The position numbers were made by a program, and so were the translations under genes. Below are positions 26,126-34,824 of a stretch of DNA of 64,000 bases, piece after piece. Below the pieces are notes generated by a model, which made no database searches, was not told the DNA's origin, and saw only the letters and a list, made by a program, of their open reading frames with translations. Origin of the DNA: a virus; the IMG/VR virus record IMGVR_UViG_3300032516_000004, positions 1 to 64,000 of that record; one strand, 5' to 3'. Every line of letters begins with the position of its first letter. Position 1 is the stretch's first letter.

Positions 26126-26492
26126 GGGCCTGAACGGTTTCGACGATGATACGGAGGTGAATGGGAGCGTGCCGGGGATGTCTTGCAGCCTCGTTAAAAA
26201 GCAAGGCAGCGTTTAATTGCCAACTCTGATGTTGAGCAACCTGTTACGCGGCAGCTCGCTGCCGCGTAAGAGGACCCGAGAAGAGACACCTACTATTGAC
26301 TCGGGAAAAGAAGTAGGCTAGGTTATTGTTGGTCCTGGCGCGGCAATAATCGAAACAAACAGACAGGTAATCGTCTGGATCAGCTTGCTCAGTGGGCTGA
26401 GGATTGATGAAAAACGAGTACACGAGATACGCACGTAGTGCCCACCACCAAAAGATTATCGGACCTGGGTTCAATTCCCAGCAGGTCCACCA
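26126..26492 (+). ncRNA. ssrA: tmRNA, tag ANSDVEQPVTRQLAAA
   Basis: 5' GGGCCTGAACGGTTTCGAC; 3' GGGTTCAATTCCC...CAGGTCC-A-CCA; resume codon GCC 26219 after TAATT; tag ORF 26219-26269 ends LAAA-stop; extended -10 TGGTATTAT upstream. Confidence 0.95.
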
Positions 26493-26509
26493 TTAGTATT
26501 TGTAAGATT

Positions 26510-26749
26510 CGGCAGCGGGGTTGAGCCCCGTTGTCGTTGGCACCCAGGGCGGGGGTTAAGCCGCCCACCTTAAAATGAGATTTCAAAATAAACGTGTTAT
26601 CGTGGAAGCCACGCAATTTCATAAATCTTCAGTTCTTCAAGATAGATTTTTACAAATTTATGAACCAATAAAGTGGTGGTGTTTGTGGAAACGTGTATAA
26701 CTAGCCCCGGTAGATAGAGGGGGGAGGGATACCTACCTACCGGAGCTAG
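26510..26749. terminator. three GC-rich hairpins after ssrA
   Basis: Stems at 26510-26536, 26547-26566, 26701-26749. Confidence 0.4.
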
Positions 26750-26791
26750 GCACTACCATAAAATTATAAACTATGCTGCCTTCTTATTAAC

Positions 26792-26950
26792 TACATCAAG
26801 TCGTTCATGAATTTCGTGTTTGCATTTTAGGCATCGATACCTAATGAACTTTTCACCTTTTTCATTCGATTGTACATCGCTCTTAGTAAATTCAAATCCA
26901 CCGCATTGATAGTGGTGCTTCATAATTTCCGCTAAAGTAGTTTGTTCCAT
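26792..26950 (-). CDS. small Zn-ribbon protein (below ORF-track cutoff)
   Basis: MEQTTLAEIMKHHYQCGG...YRCLKCNTKFMNDLM. Confidence 0.5.
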
Positions 26951-27393
26951 TATCGGGCCTGCCTCATTTGTGTTTCAACTTCTTTCATCTTACGCTGCGT
27001 CTCTAGATATACCCAATCAGCTAATTCTGCCGGATTATCGTCAGGAAACACTATTTTGGTGGCAACGAATGGTTTAAATATAGTCCCCGTATCATCTTTA
27101 ATTTGCCCATCTAATCTAACATCAAATGTTAAATTGATTTCTGGTTTAATGGCCAAGATGTTTGAGAAATATCTACCCTTGAAATTTATCATTCCAGATT
27201 CATATACTTTAAATGTGGCGTTTGGGAATTTTACCTGTAAAGCAGCCGCTAATTTTTGTACATATTCTGGTGTTAGTAGCTGCTGATAGTATGGTTTATC
27301 CTCAGCAATTTTAGGATAACCCAATTCTGTAAACGGAGCTAAAATTTGTGTCATACAACCTCCTATCCATATATAATACTCACACAATACCAC
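26950..27393 (-). CDS. hypothetical protein (start probably MTQIL)
   Basis: AGGAGG RBS; sigma54 promoter upstream. Confidence 0.65.
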   Translation of the reverse strand: MVLCEYYIWIGGCMTQILAPFTELGYPKIAEDKPYYQQLLTPEYVQKLAAALQVKFPNATFKVYESGMINFKGRYFSNILAIKPEINLTFDVRLDGQIKDDTGTIFKPFVATKIVFPDDNPAELADWVYLETQRKMKEVETQMRQAR

Positions 27394-27415
27394 AATTTAG
27401 CACTATATAAAATCA

Positions 27416-27433
27416 TTGCAAATCTCGTGCCTA
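27416..27433 (-). promoter_or_regulatory. sigma54 promoter
   Basis: Minus strand TAGGCACGAGATTTGCAA. Confidence 0.7.
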
Positions 27434-27437
27434 TAAT

Positions 27438-27680
27438 ATGTTCATGAAAGATATAGAGGTGATAGCCAGCGATCTATCTAAAGTTACCAGTGCTGAAACC
27501 AATAAACCATATAAACTCGAGGCCATTTCAGCGTTAGATCAAATAATCCGCGCAATAGAAACTGACATGGTGTCTGTGGTTATTGATAGGAAGATAGATC
27601 AGATCATTAACTGGAAACAAATAATTCTAAGTGGTCGTGTTGGTGCTATGATGCTGACGGCAAATTTGAATGTACGCTGA
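27438..27680 (+). CDS. hypothetical protein
   Basis: ORF. Confidence 0.45.
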   Translation: MFMKDIEVIASDLSKVTSAETNKPYKLEAISALDQIIRAIETDMVSVVIDRKIDQIINWKQIILSGRVGAMMLTANLNVR

Positions 27681-27832
27681 CAGATCTTGTAGATGAAACC
27701 GTGTATTTAGCGTGCAGTACCACATTTGGTAGCCCATCATTGATTTGTCTGTCTAAAGATTCCGTAACATTTAGTGCTTAATTAAACTTAACGGGCACGC
27801 CACTGCACGGTTGATAAAGAAAGGATTAGACA

Positions 27833-28513
27833 ATGTTGTATTTACAATTAGACACAGCAAAGAAGCTTGTTCAAACAAAACAAGATGTTCGCGGTACACG
27901 TGTCATGTTGGATGAAACGGACACTGCATTACAACAGAAGTTGTTTGCTACTAGAGCTGAGACTGAAAAATTGTCACCAAAATTTGCGGAATTGAAGTCC
28001 CAACTTGAGTACGAGATGCGTGCTCTTGATGATGAAATTTTGGAGGAATGCACGGCTAACCATAGGACCAATTTGTCCAAAATTCAGTTGATGGAGCGCG
28101 CACTATGCGGCGACATGGAATTGGTTATGGTACCTTCCGCTACTAGCGAGGATATCTCAGCCGCTTTGTTGAATGGAGAAAATACTCCATATGTAATGCC
28201 AATGGAGTTTGCTCTCAAGACCAAAGATGGTTTGAATGTTCACGCCTGGTTCAACGGCGACTCAATAATTACCATTGATGCCACGTTTAATGACGAGGAC
28301 ATCGAGGACCCAACATTCTTACACGGGATTGAAACACCGCGATTCATTAATGGTGTTTGTGCGGGTAGTTGGGTCTGGGATTGGGATGGTGGTGACACAA
28401 AGGTGTATGCCGCTAATGATTTGGCGTCACTCAAAATTCAAGTTGCGGTGGACGACAAATGGTTGACGTTCTCCGTAGCATTCAAACAGCACACGTTTAA
28501 CGTGATTGCCTAG
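27833..28513 (+). CDS. hypothetical protein
   Basis: 226 aa, AAGGA RBS. Confidence 0.7.
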   Translation: MLYLQLDTAKKLVQTKQDVRGTRVMLDETDTALQQKLFATRAETEKLSPKFAELKSQLEYEMRALDDEILEECTANHRTNLSKIQLMERALCGDMELVMVPSATSEDISAALLNGENTPYVMPMEFALKTKDGLNVHAWFNGDSIITIDATFNDEDIEDPTFLHGIETPRFINGVCAGSWVWDWDGGDTKVYAANDLASLKIQVAVDDKWLTFSVAFKQHTFNVIA

Positions 28514-29759
28514 GAGAAAAGAAATGTCACTTTTGATTTACGGAGTTTATGACAAGTACGCGCAACCCCTCGGTCAAACACTTGGACAAGTTCGAAATTT
28601 GTATTCGAATCTTTTCAGAAGTGTTGCCGGATACAATCTGAATGACGTTAGCGCCAATTCGATTGATCCTTTGTCCAAAAACAATTTGGACATGTTGGTC
28701 AAATGTCCGTATGGCGCGACAGAAGTACAAGCACATGCATTTTTTGATGCCATCAAAGTACTTCCAGGTTTTGTCGCAGAGTCGATTTATGCAATGCCTG
28801 AACCTCTGCCGGTTTCTGGTACCCCGCAACAACTGATTTTGGCACCACTCGATTCAGCGGGTCCTGTAGCAGCTGATCAATTTGCGGGGCAAAGTACGCC
28901 TGATGGATTTTGCACAAATTATCGTAGAGTAACACCCGGTATTTACAGCTATGATTATGTTCAAAAGTTCTACTACTTTGCTGGAGAATTTGAGAATATG
29001 GATTTCGCCGCTTACACGGCTAATGGTGGAAAATTCGAATCCGATGTAGGGGTTCCTGTACCGTGGCACGTTCCCTACAAGGGATATCTGACAGAAGACC
29101 CTGCCTATCCAGGGAAAGTACGTTTCTACAAGAGCCGTAAGGATTTGGACAGCCTCCAACGGATGTTGCATTATCGAGGGTTTTCATGGTTCGAGATTCA
29201 AGCCCCATTTGCAACGTTGGCAGAATATAGTGCTTACAACGGGGAGGTGGTTCCTGTCAGCTGTGACAACTACTACGACCTGGCCCCTGATGGCAGCTTT
29301 GTACCGATCACAACATTGAAGCAGCCCCCTGCTGGTTGGGGTGTTCAACTTCGCACCAAATACCTTCGGTTTATGGATCGAGGCAAGTGGTACGTGGTTG
29401 AAGTAACTGGCGAGGCATCCAAGGGGCATCAGGCGGGAATTGAGAACATCTATTCCAGCCTTACTCCAGGGCAGGAATCCTTGGCTTGGAAGTGGGCCTC
29501 TCGACACCCAGCAGCGGTCGGATATGGTGGTAATTTCTTCCAAGATATCCGGTTAGGGTATCCTGGCGCGTATTGGCTAGAGTGCGTGTTCCACATTCGT
29601 CAAGGACGTGATGCTGGTGGGCCAGCACAAGGTCCAAAACTTGACGCAGACGGAATATTGGATGAGGTGAATGGAACGCCATCAACGTTGGTGTCTCTGT
29701 ATCCTTGGGGATTGAACACCTATACGGACAAAGCCAAAGCGTTGGATTGGATTCTTTAA
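28506..29759 (+). CDS. aromatic-rich hypothetical protein (possible virion/tail component)
   Basis: 417 aa; AGGAG RBS before MSLL. Confidence 0.7.
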   Translation: MPRRKEMSLLIYGVYDKYAQPLGQTLGQVRNLYSNLFRSVAGYNLNDVSANSIDPLSKNNLDMLVKCPYGATEVQAHAFFDAIKVLPGFVAESIYAMPEPLPVSGTPQQLILAPLDSAGPVAADQFAGQSTPDGFCTNYRRVTPGIYSYDYVQKFYYFAGEFENMDFAAYTANGGKFESDVGVPVPWHVPYKGYLTEDPAYPGKVRFYKSRKDLDSLQRMLHYRGFSWFEIQAPFATLAEYSAYNGEVVPVSCDNYYDLAPDGSFVPITTLKQPPAGWGVQLRTKYLRFMDRGKWYVVEVTGEASKGHQAGIENIYSSLTPGQESLAWKWASRHPAAVGYGGNFFQDIRLGYPGAYWLECVFHIRQGRDAGGPAQGPKLDADGILDEVNGTPSTLVSLYPWGLNTYTDKAKALDWIL

Positions 29760-29783
29760 TCTGATTGACCGACCGTTGAATCC

Positions 29784-29822
29784 GAGAGGGCGGCGGGTCT
29801 AAACAACCGGCCCGCCCTTCTC
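29784..29822 (+). terminator. GC-rich hairpin after 28506-29759
   Basis: GAGAGGGCGG...CCGCCCTTCTC. Confidence 0.45.
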
Positions 29823-29828
29823 AGCCTA

Positions 29829-29857
29829 TTGACGACAACCCCACCATTTGATATAAT
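29829..29857 (+). promoter_or_regulatory. sigma70-type promoter
   Basis: TTGACG-17 nt-TATAAT. Confidence 0.75.
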
Positions 29858-29926
29858 AGTAACAACCGGCACACCGCGATCCGGGTCAACAGTGCGGTCC
29901 CAAACATTTACCTATAGGAGAGGAAC

Positions 29927-30298
29927 ATGAAGGGACCGGTACGTGCGAAATTTCGTTGTTTGGCCATCACGCAAAAATGGGACAAGTCGTGGCAGATTGA
30001 ACTTGGACCCATAATGCAGCGGGGAAAGCAATCGGAAGAGAACAAGCGTTTCTGGGAGTGTTCACCATCAGGAGAGTGTCATCTATTCTTCCACGAGCAA
30101 CATCCATTTGAAGTCGGTACCTACTATTATATTGACATGACGCCCAATGATGAAGGTCTCTGGACGTTGAGTACTGTAACACATCAAGACGGTGGAAGCG
30201 GCGAGGTGTTCTTCAGCCACTATCGAAGTTATGACCATCGGAAACCATTACCTGTAGGACTGCTTAATGGGCACTTCAAAATCGGGGTGGATGGCTAA
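29927..30298 (+). CDS. conserved phage protein (VRAKF.C...EEN..FW..SPSG), tandem two-domain, second domain cut by TAA
   Basis: Motif; frame stays open to TAG at 30385 after the TAA. Confidence 0.7.
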   Translation: MKGPVRAKFRCLAITQKWDKSWQIELGPIMQRGKQSEENKRFWECSPSGECHLFFHEQHPFEVGTYYYIDMTPNDEGLWTLSTVTHQDGGSGEVFFSHYRSYDHRKPLPVGLLNGHFKIGVDG

Positions 30299-30423
30299 AA
30301 GACCAGCGCATTACAGACCTGGGGTGACGCTGGTGGGCGTTGGGATGTGGCATTTAACTTTGCCGAAGCTTCAGATGTAGAATAGTGGTATTACTGCAGG
30401 GAGTGAATTATGGATGTATAGTA

Positions 30424-30642
30424 TTATAGATCACAAATCTTAGCAGTTGACCGATTATTACTCTTGCAACGTACAATAACAGTTCTACACATTTCTATTA
30501 CTTTATCGTTTACAGCTTCAATGAAATCTTCGGAAGAACGAATATTTCCTTCATGAAGAATGTCTTTAATTCGTGTCGTAATAATAACCTGTCTTTTCTG
30601 ATTTGCTGGTTCAACGTTTTCTTGTTTGGTTTCTTCTGTCAT
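30424..30642 (-). CDS. bacterial histone-fold protein (DUF1931/Bd0055-like)
   Basis: VIITTRIKDIL...IRSSEDFIEAVNDKVIEM......RCKSNNRSTAKICDL aligns by eye with Bd0055-type LVV.SKVK...S.E....L...AK.DGRKTV..RD; RxTxxxxD motif; GAGG RBS. Confidence 0.75.
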   Translation of the reverse strand: MTEETKQENVEPANQKRQVIITTRIKDILHEGNIRSSEDFIEAVNDKVIEMCRTVIVRCKSNNRSTAKICDL

Positions 30643-30713
30643 AATTTACCTCTTTGGTTTTTATATAGTTTATGAATGAATTCGATTGACCGTCTAGTAT
30701 CTTGATAACCGTT

Positions 30714-31343
30714 CTATGTTTTAGCGACATAAGTAATGGTACCAAATTTTATTTTTCTTAGCCGTTTATACATTCTCGATATGTCCCATACATATTTATT
30801 TCTTGGATCTATACGATTATGTAAATCCTCTTTAACTTTTTCTGGGCCTCTATTATAAGCTGCTAGCGCTAAATCTGTCTTTTTAAACCGTTTTTCGTAT
30901 TTTGAAAGTATTTTAATACCAGATATAATATTATCATCCATGTCATATAAGTCTTTTACATTAAGTATCTTTTCCCAAAATGGCATTACCTGCATCAGTC
31001 CTTTGGCCCCGGTAGGAGATGTAGCGTTTGGGTCAAACCATGATTCGACAGCCATAATTGATAACACCAGATCAGATTCCTTATTTGCTTGTTTACTATA
31101 TCGATACACTTTTTCAGCAATTATATATGACAGCTGTGGGTTAATTTTTCGTTCAATTAATGAAATTTTATATTCTATCTTACTTATTTCACTTAATTCT
31201 TCCAACATATCACACGCCGATTCTGCACTCAGTTCATTGTTTGATTCTTCTGCCGCGATCTTAGAAAACCAGTATGTATTAAAAAATAACGTGACACCTA
31301 GTATATATGGTATACTAACCTTTAATTTTTGGAGTATCATCAT
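30714..31343 (-). CDS. soluble lytic transglycosylase (SLT) with N-terminal anchor
   Basis: IMAVES (catalytic Glu), GAKGLMQV, ALAAYNRG; TM segment near N-terminus. Confidence 0.9.
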   Translation of the reverse strand: MMILQKLKVSIPYILGVTLFFNTYWFSKIAAEESNNELSAESACDMLEELSEISKIEYKISLIERKINPQLSYIIAEKVYRYSKQANKESDLVLSIMAVESWFDPNATSPTGAKGLMQVMPFWEKILNVKDLYDMDDNIISGIKILSKYEKRFKKTDLALAAYNRGPEKVKEDLHNRIDPRNKYVWDISRMYKRLRKIKFGTITYVAKT

Positions 31344-31573
31344 GTAACTGTCTCCATCCACCATGTGTCTGCCCTTTTTGCACAGACACCGAACCACATT
31401 GACAAATAGTAGCCACTATCTTAAATCTATGCACCATAACTCCTAACTTTGTGTCATAACTACATGCTAACTCTTCACGTTTTACTGTATCATACCTCAT
31501 TTTTATTTTACAACCTTTTCGACTACTATTTTAATAGTCGTATTATGGTTAGTGTAAGCAATGGTTATATAAT

Positions 31574-31603
31574 TTGACGTGCTAGCATAGTTTATGGTAC
31601 ATT
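31574..31603 (+). promoter_or_regulatory. sigma70-type promoter, probably giving a leaderless mRNA
   Basis: TTGACG-18 nt-TACATT with TG extension; ATG 7 nt after -10; no RBS. Confidence 0.5.
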
Positions 31604-31609
31604 GCGTAC

Positions 31610-31975
31610 ATGAACATTAATAAACGAGAAGAACTGACAGAACGTCAGAAATTAGTATATGGTTTTATCAGCGAATATTTACGAGATAACAAATATCCAC
31701 CAACCATTCGTGAAGTACAAGCCAATTTTGGTTTCAAATCAATGTCGTCTGTGGTTGGATATGTCGATGTACTAAGGAAGAAAGGATATTTAACCATTGG
31801 TAAGAATAAGCATGGTGCTCGTACCATGCAAATTGTTGATAATATTATGGGATACCATATAGTAACTACCGAGGAATTATCTAAAGCGCTGGCCACATTA
31901 AAATCAAGAGGGTATCAGATTGGTGCTCAAGAAGCCGTAGAATTTTTATCTATTTTAAATATTAAGATATCATAA
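31610..31975 (+). CDS. LexA-type winged-helix DNA-binding protein lacking the peptidase domain
   Basis: LTERQK.VY.FI..Y......PPTIREV...FGFKS.SSV..Y...L.KKGYL. Confidence 0.85.
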   Translation: MNINKREELTERQKLVYGFISEYLRDNKYPPTIREVQANFGFKSMSSVVGYVDVLRKKGYLTIGKNKHGARTMQIVDNIMGYHIVTTEELSKALATLKSRGYQIGAQEAVEFLSILNIKIS

Positions 31976-32057
31976 TAAATCCATTGCTAGCGTGTTTTCT
32001 TGGGGTGACTATTAAGCACGTACAGGCGTTTATGCCTGTTTGATTGGGGATATTTAG

Positions 32058-32678
32058 ATGGAACCCAAAACCCCAAAACTACGCCCCGTCAATAGGAAAG
32101 AAATACATAAAGTTGTAGTAGATGATCCTTGGAAGACCGAGGCTGTGCGGACCATTATGGCGGCAAAGTCACCTCAATTTTCAGAACAAATGTGGGCTTT
32201 ATTGTTAGCTGAAGCTATTAAATCATTTAATCAAGGTCTAGAAGATAGAATTGATTCAGAATCACGACGCGCTTCTAATTTACGATCACGAATTATTAAT
32301 CTGGTAGGTGAGACAGCTCATAACATTATTGCATTTGTTGTAAATGCTCAACGTAGACCCATTGATGTCTACGCCCAGGCGTCTTCAATATACACTAGAG
32401 CAATGGCTAATTTACGTGACCAAAAGGCATTGTTTGCTGCGTCCAAACAACTTTACGACATGTCCAAGGCTCAAGGATTAGACCCAAACACCGCAGCATC
32501 CATTGCGGGTTTAGCAGCTGATTTACAAGAAAAATCAAGTAACGCTACTGCATATGCGGGCGGCACGGGTTCTGGTGGTATGTCGCAAGCTGGGATGCCA
32601 ACAGGTGTAACAATTCAGGGTAAATATAATCGTAAAATTGCTGATAAGTGGGACGAAGAATTCTTCGCTAATAAATGA
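32058..32678 (+). CDS. hypothetical protein, first gene of head module
   Basis: 206 aa ORF. Confidence 0.7.
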   Translation: MEPKTPKLRPVNRKEIHKVVVDDPWKTEAVRTIMAAKSPQFSEQMWALLLAEAIKSFNQGLEDRIDSESRRASNLRSRIINLVGETAHNIIAFVVNAQRRPIDVYAQASSIYTRAMANLRDQKALFAASKQLYDMSKAQGLDPNTAASIAGLAADLQEKSSNATAYAGGTGSGGMSQAGMPTGVTIQGKYNRKIADKWDEEFFANK

Positions 32679-33949
32679 GCACATTGGTATCTATATTGTG
32701 TGATATCGTACAAGCTGAATATGCCCAATGGATGCGATATACATTTCTTTCTGCGCTTCGGTATGGTTTGCATACCGATACATTACAAGAGCATTTTGAA
32801 GAACACGCCAACGATGAATTGGAACACGCCCAACTAATTTCTCGGTGGATTGTGGATCTTGGTGGCTTACCACCAACAACAATTCCATGCATAGAACAAA
32901 TTCATACCAATACTCAAGAAGCCCTTGAATGGCTTCTAAACGCTGAAGTAGAAGGTATTAATAAATATCAAGCGGCCCATTGTGCTGCAGAAGGTATCTT
33001 TGGGTTACAGAACGATATTGGTGAATTACTTTCTATTGAGCATGAACATCTTTCTGACATTATGAAATTCCTCGAACCTATCTCAGAAGCTATTTCAGAG
33101 GATGATGAAGACACTATTATAATTCTAGCAAATTCTTATAGACAGCATAGGGATGTTCTTTATAAATTCGCATCTATTAAGAAATATGCTCAGAGCATGA
33201 CCGAATATCTTCGCGATCTTCTCCAGATGGCGTGGTATAAACATGAGTATGATTATACACCAGAGAAGGGTCTCGAGTACGTTCGTGACGATACCAAGAA
33301 AACATTAATGACCATTCATGAACGCCTTAGAGAAGGTGATCAGAGCGCCAGGCAGTCTGCTAAATTTTTCATTGATCTTTATCAGTGGCTTCAGCCCATG
33401 AATAAAGATGCGTGGTTACAACTTCATTATAAAATTTGGCCAGAATATCACACTGATCCGGCATGGGGTGGGTATGAGGGTGTAGAAGAGGCCATTGAAG
33501 AAAAAGTTGAAAAACCAACATTTGAGCAGGCGTTAGAAGAAACTAAAGAAGAAGTTAAGAAACCCACATCACTACCTCAACCAGCACCACAAGTTTCTAA
33601 ACCTCCCGCTAGGTCTCCTGAATTAATGGAAGCGATGGAGAAGCGAATAGAGGTTTATGATGCTGGTAAGAGTAATGATCCAAGTCCGGATGTGATGTTT
33701 ACGATCGGACCTGGTGATCGAATTAAGAATATGGATTTAGCGGGTGAAGGCATACCAGTGCCGGGTAGACCTGGTAGAAGTGCGTGGACTGAAGGAACTG
33801 TTAAGCATGTTACGCGTGGTGGTATACTAGTAGTTGACACTCCTAAAGGTGAACAGAGCTGGGACCCAGCAGAACATAGAATTGAGATTGATGCTCGTGA
33901 TCGTGCTAAATATTTAAGTCAAGGTAAACTAGTCAAACAAAGTGACTAA
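32675..33949 (+). CDS. ferritin/Dps-like di-iron domain fused to unknown domains
   Basis: EEHANDELEHA..I..WIVDLGG.P; AEVEGINKY; E.EH. Confidence 0.75.
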   Translation: MSTLVSILCDIVQAEYAQWMRYTFLSALRYGLHTDTLQEHFEEHANDELEHAQLISRWIVDLGGLPPTTIPCIEQIHTNTQEALEWLLNAEVEGINKYQAAHCAAEGIFGLQNDIGELLSIEHEHLSDIMKFLEPISEAISEDDEDTIIILANSYRQHRDVLYKFASIKKYAQSMTEYLRDLLQMAWYKHEYDYTPEKGLEYVRDDTKKTLMTIHERLREGDQSARQSAKFFIDLYQWLQPMNKDAWLQLHYKIWPEYHTDPAWGGYEGVEEAIEEKVEKPTFEQALEETKEEVKKPTSLPQPAPQVSKPPARSPELMEAMEKRIEVYDAGKSNDPSPDVMFTIGPGDRIKNMDLAGEGIPVPGRPGRSAWTEGTVKHVTRGGILVVDTPKGEQSWDPAEHRIEIDARDRAKYLSQGKLVKQSD

Positions 33950-33957
33950 TTAGAAGG

Positions 33958-34272
33958 ATGAGTGTTATGGAAAAGACAGCTGTTGATCAAGTTGCAAAAA
34001 ACTTCTGGATTTCTTATTTCAAGGATTACGGTCAAATTTGGGTAAAGGACGTGCCACGTCGTATCAAGCAGGCAATTCGTCGTGAATTGAAAGCTAATAC
34101 GATTGAAGGAAAGATTGCCCCACTTGCTAAAGATATTGGTAAAGATAATACCTTATCTATTGAGGCGGCATTTATTGGCAAGCTTGATGATCAAGATGCC
34201 AAGGTATTAGTTACCGCCACTTTTAGTGGTGAAGGTAAAATGCAAGATTTGGACATTACTAAGATTAACTAA
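33958..34272 (+). CDS. small head-module protein (FW..YFKDYG..WV.D.PR)
   Basis: Motif repeated in 37914-43127. Confidence 0.7.
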   Translation: MSVMEKTAVDQVAKNFWISYFKDYGQIWVKDVPRRIKQAIRRELKANTIEGKIAPLAKDIGKDNTLSIEAAFIGKLDDQDAKVLVTATFSGEGKMQDLDITKIN

Positions 34273-34760
34273 TGAACCTATATGACGCATGTGCTATCTT
34301 GGATTTATGGTATGCTATTAAAGCACGTGCACAAATGTGGTCTATATCTAATTGTAGGCCAACATCATTAGACGAAGTTAGAATCTTAGTTAAAAATAGA
34401 TTCAAAGAACTTGCTCTTCAACACCATCCTGATAAAGGCGGAGATAATAGTAAATATTTAGAGATTCAAGAGGCATATGAATTAATCAAGTCTGCTTCTG
34501 TCCCTGACTTTATCCATGCGTTATCTATAGAGGCCGCTAATAATATTAAATATTATACTCCTGGTTCTCAGGATTGTGCTAATTGTAGTAAATGGAGTGA
34601 TGTGGTTTGTGTTTGTGTTACCACCACATGTACAGGTTTTAAACAGCATGAAAAATCGATATGTAATAAGTTTGGTCTTAAACAAGAAGTGTCTAAAGGA
34701 ATACAAGGTAGTAGCTTCCTCTCCGGAGGAAGCCAAGAACTGGGGAACGAAGCAAGCTGA
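34272..34760 (+). CDS. J-domain (DnaJ-like) protein with Cys cluster
   Basis: FKELALQHHPDKGG...EIQEAYELI (HPD). Confidence 0.85.
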   Translation: MNLYDACAILDLWYAIKARAQMWSISNCRPTSLDEVRILVKNRFKELALQHHPDKGGDNSKYLEIQEAYELIKSASVPDFIHALSIEAANNIKYYTPGSQDCANCSKWSDVVCVCVTTTCTGFKQHEKSICNKFGLKQEVSKGIQGSSFLSGGSQELGNEAS

Positions 34761-34824
34761 TGTCTTGCAAATCAAGACTACTGATATAACAGTAGAGCAG
34801 ATGGAGAATGACGATGCAAACTAG
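34648..34824 (+). CDS. small protein overlapping the J-domain gene
   Basis: MKNRYVISLV...YKVVASSPEEAKNWG, a common V.A.S.EEA fold motif. Confidence 0.4.
   Translation: MKNRYVISLVLNKKCLKEYKVVASSPEEAKNWGTKQADVLQIKTTDITVEQMENDDAN

Noticed and set aside
26701-26749. c-di-GMP or other riboswitch
   Set aside because: Only a single long hairpin; the conserved GEMM-I/II motifs are not present
27793-27812. Plus-strand sigma54 promoter GGGCACGCCACTGCA
   Set aside because: GG-CAC to GC spacing is 9, not 10, for the consensus alignment
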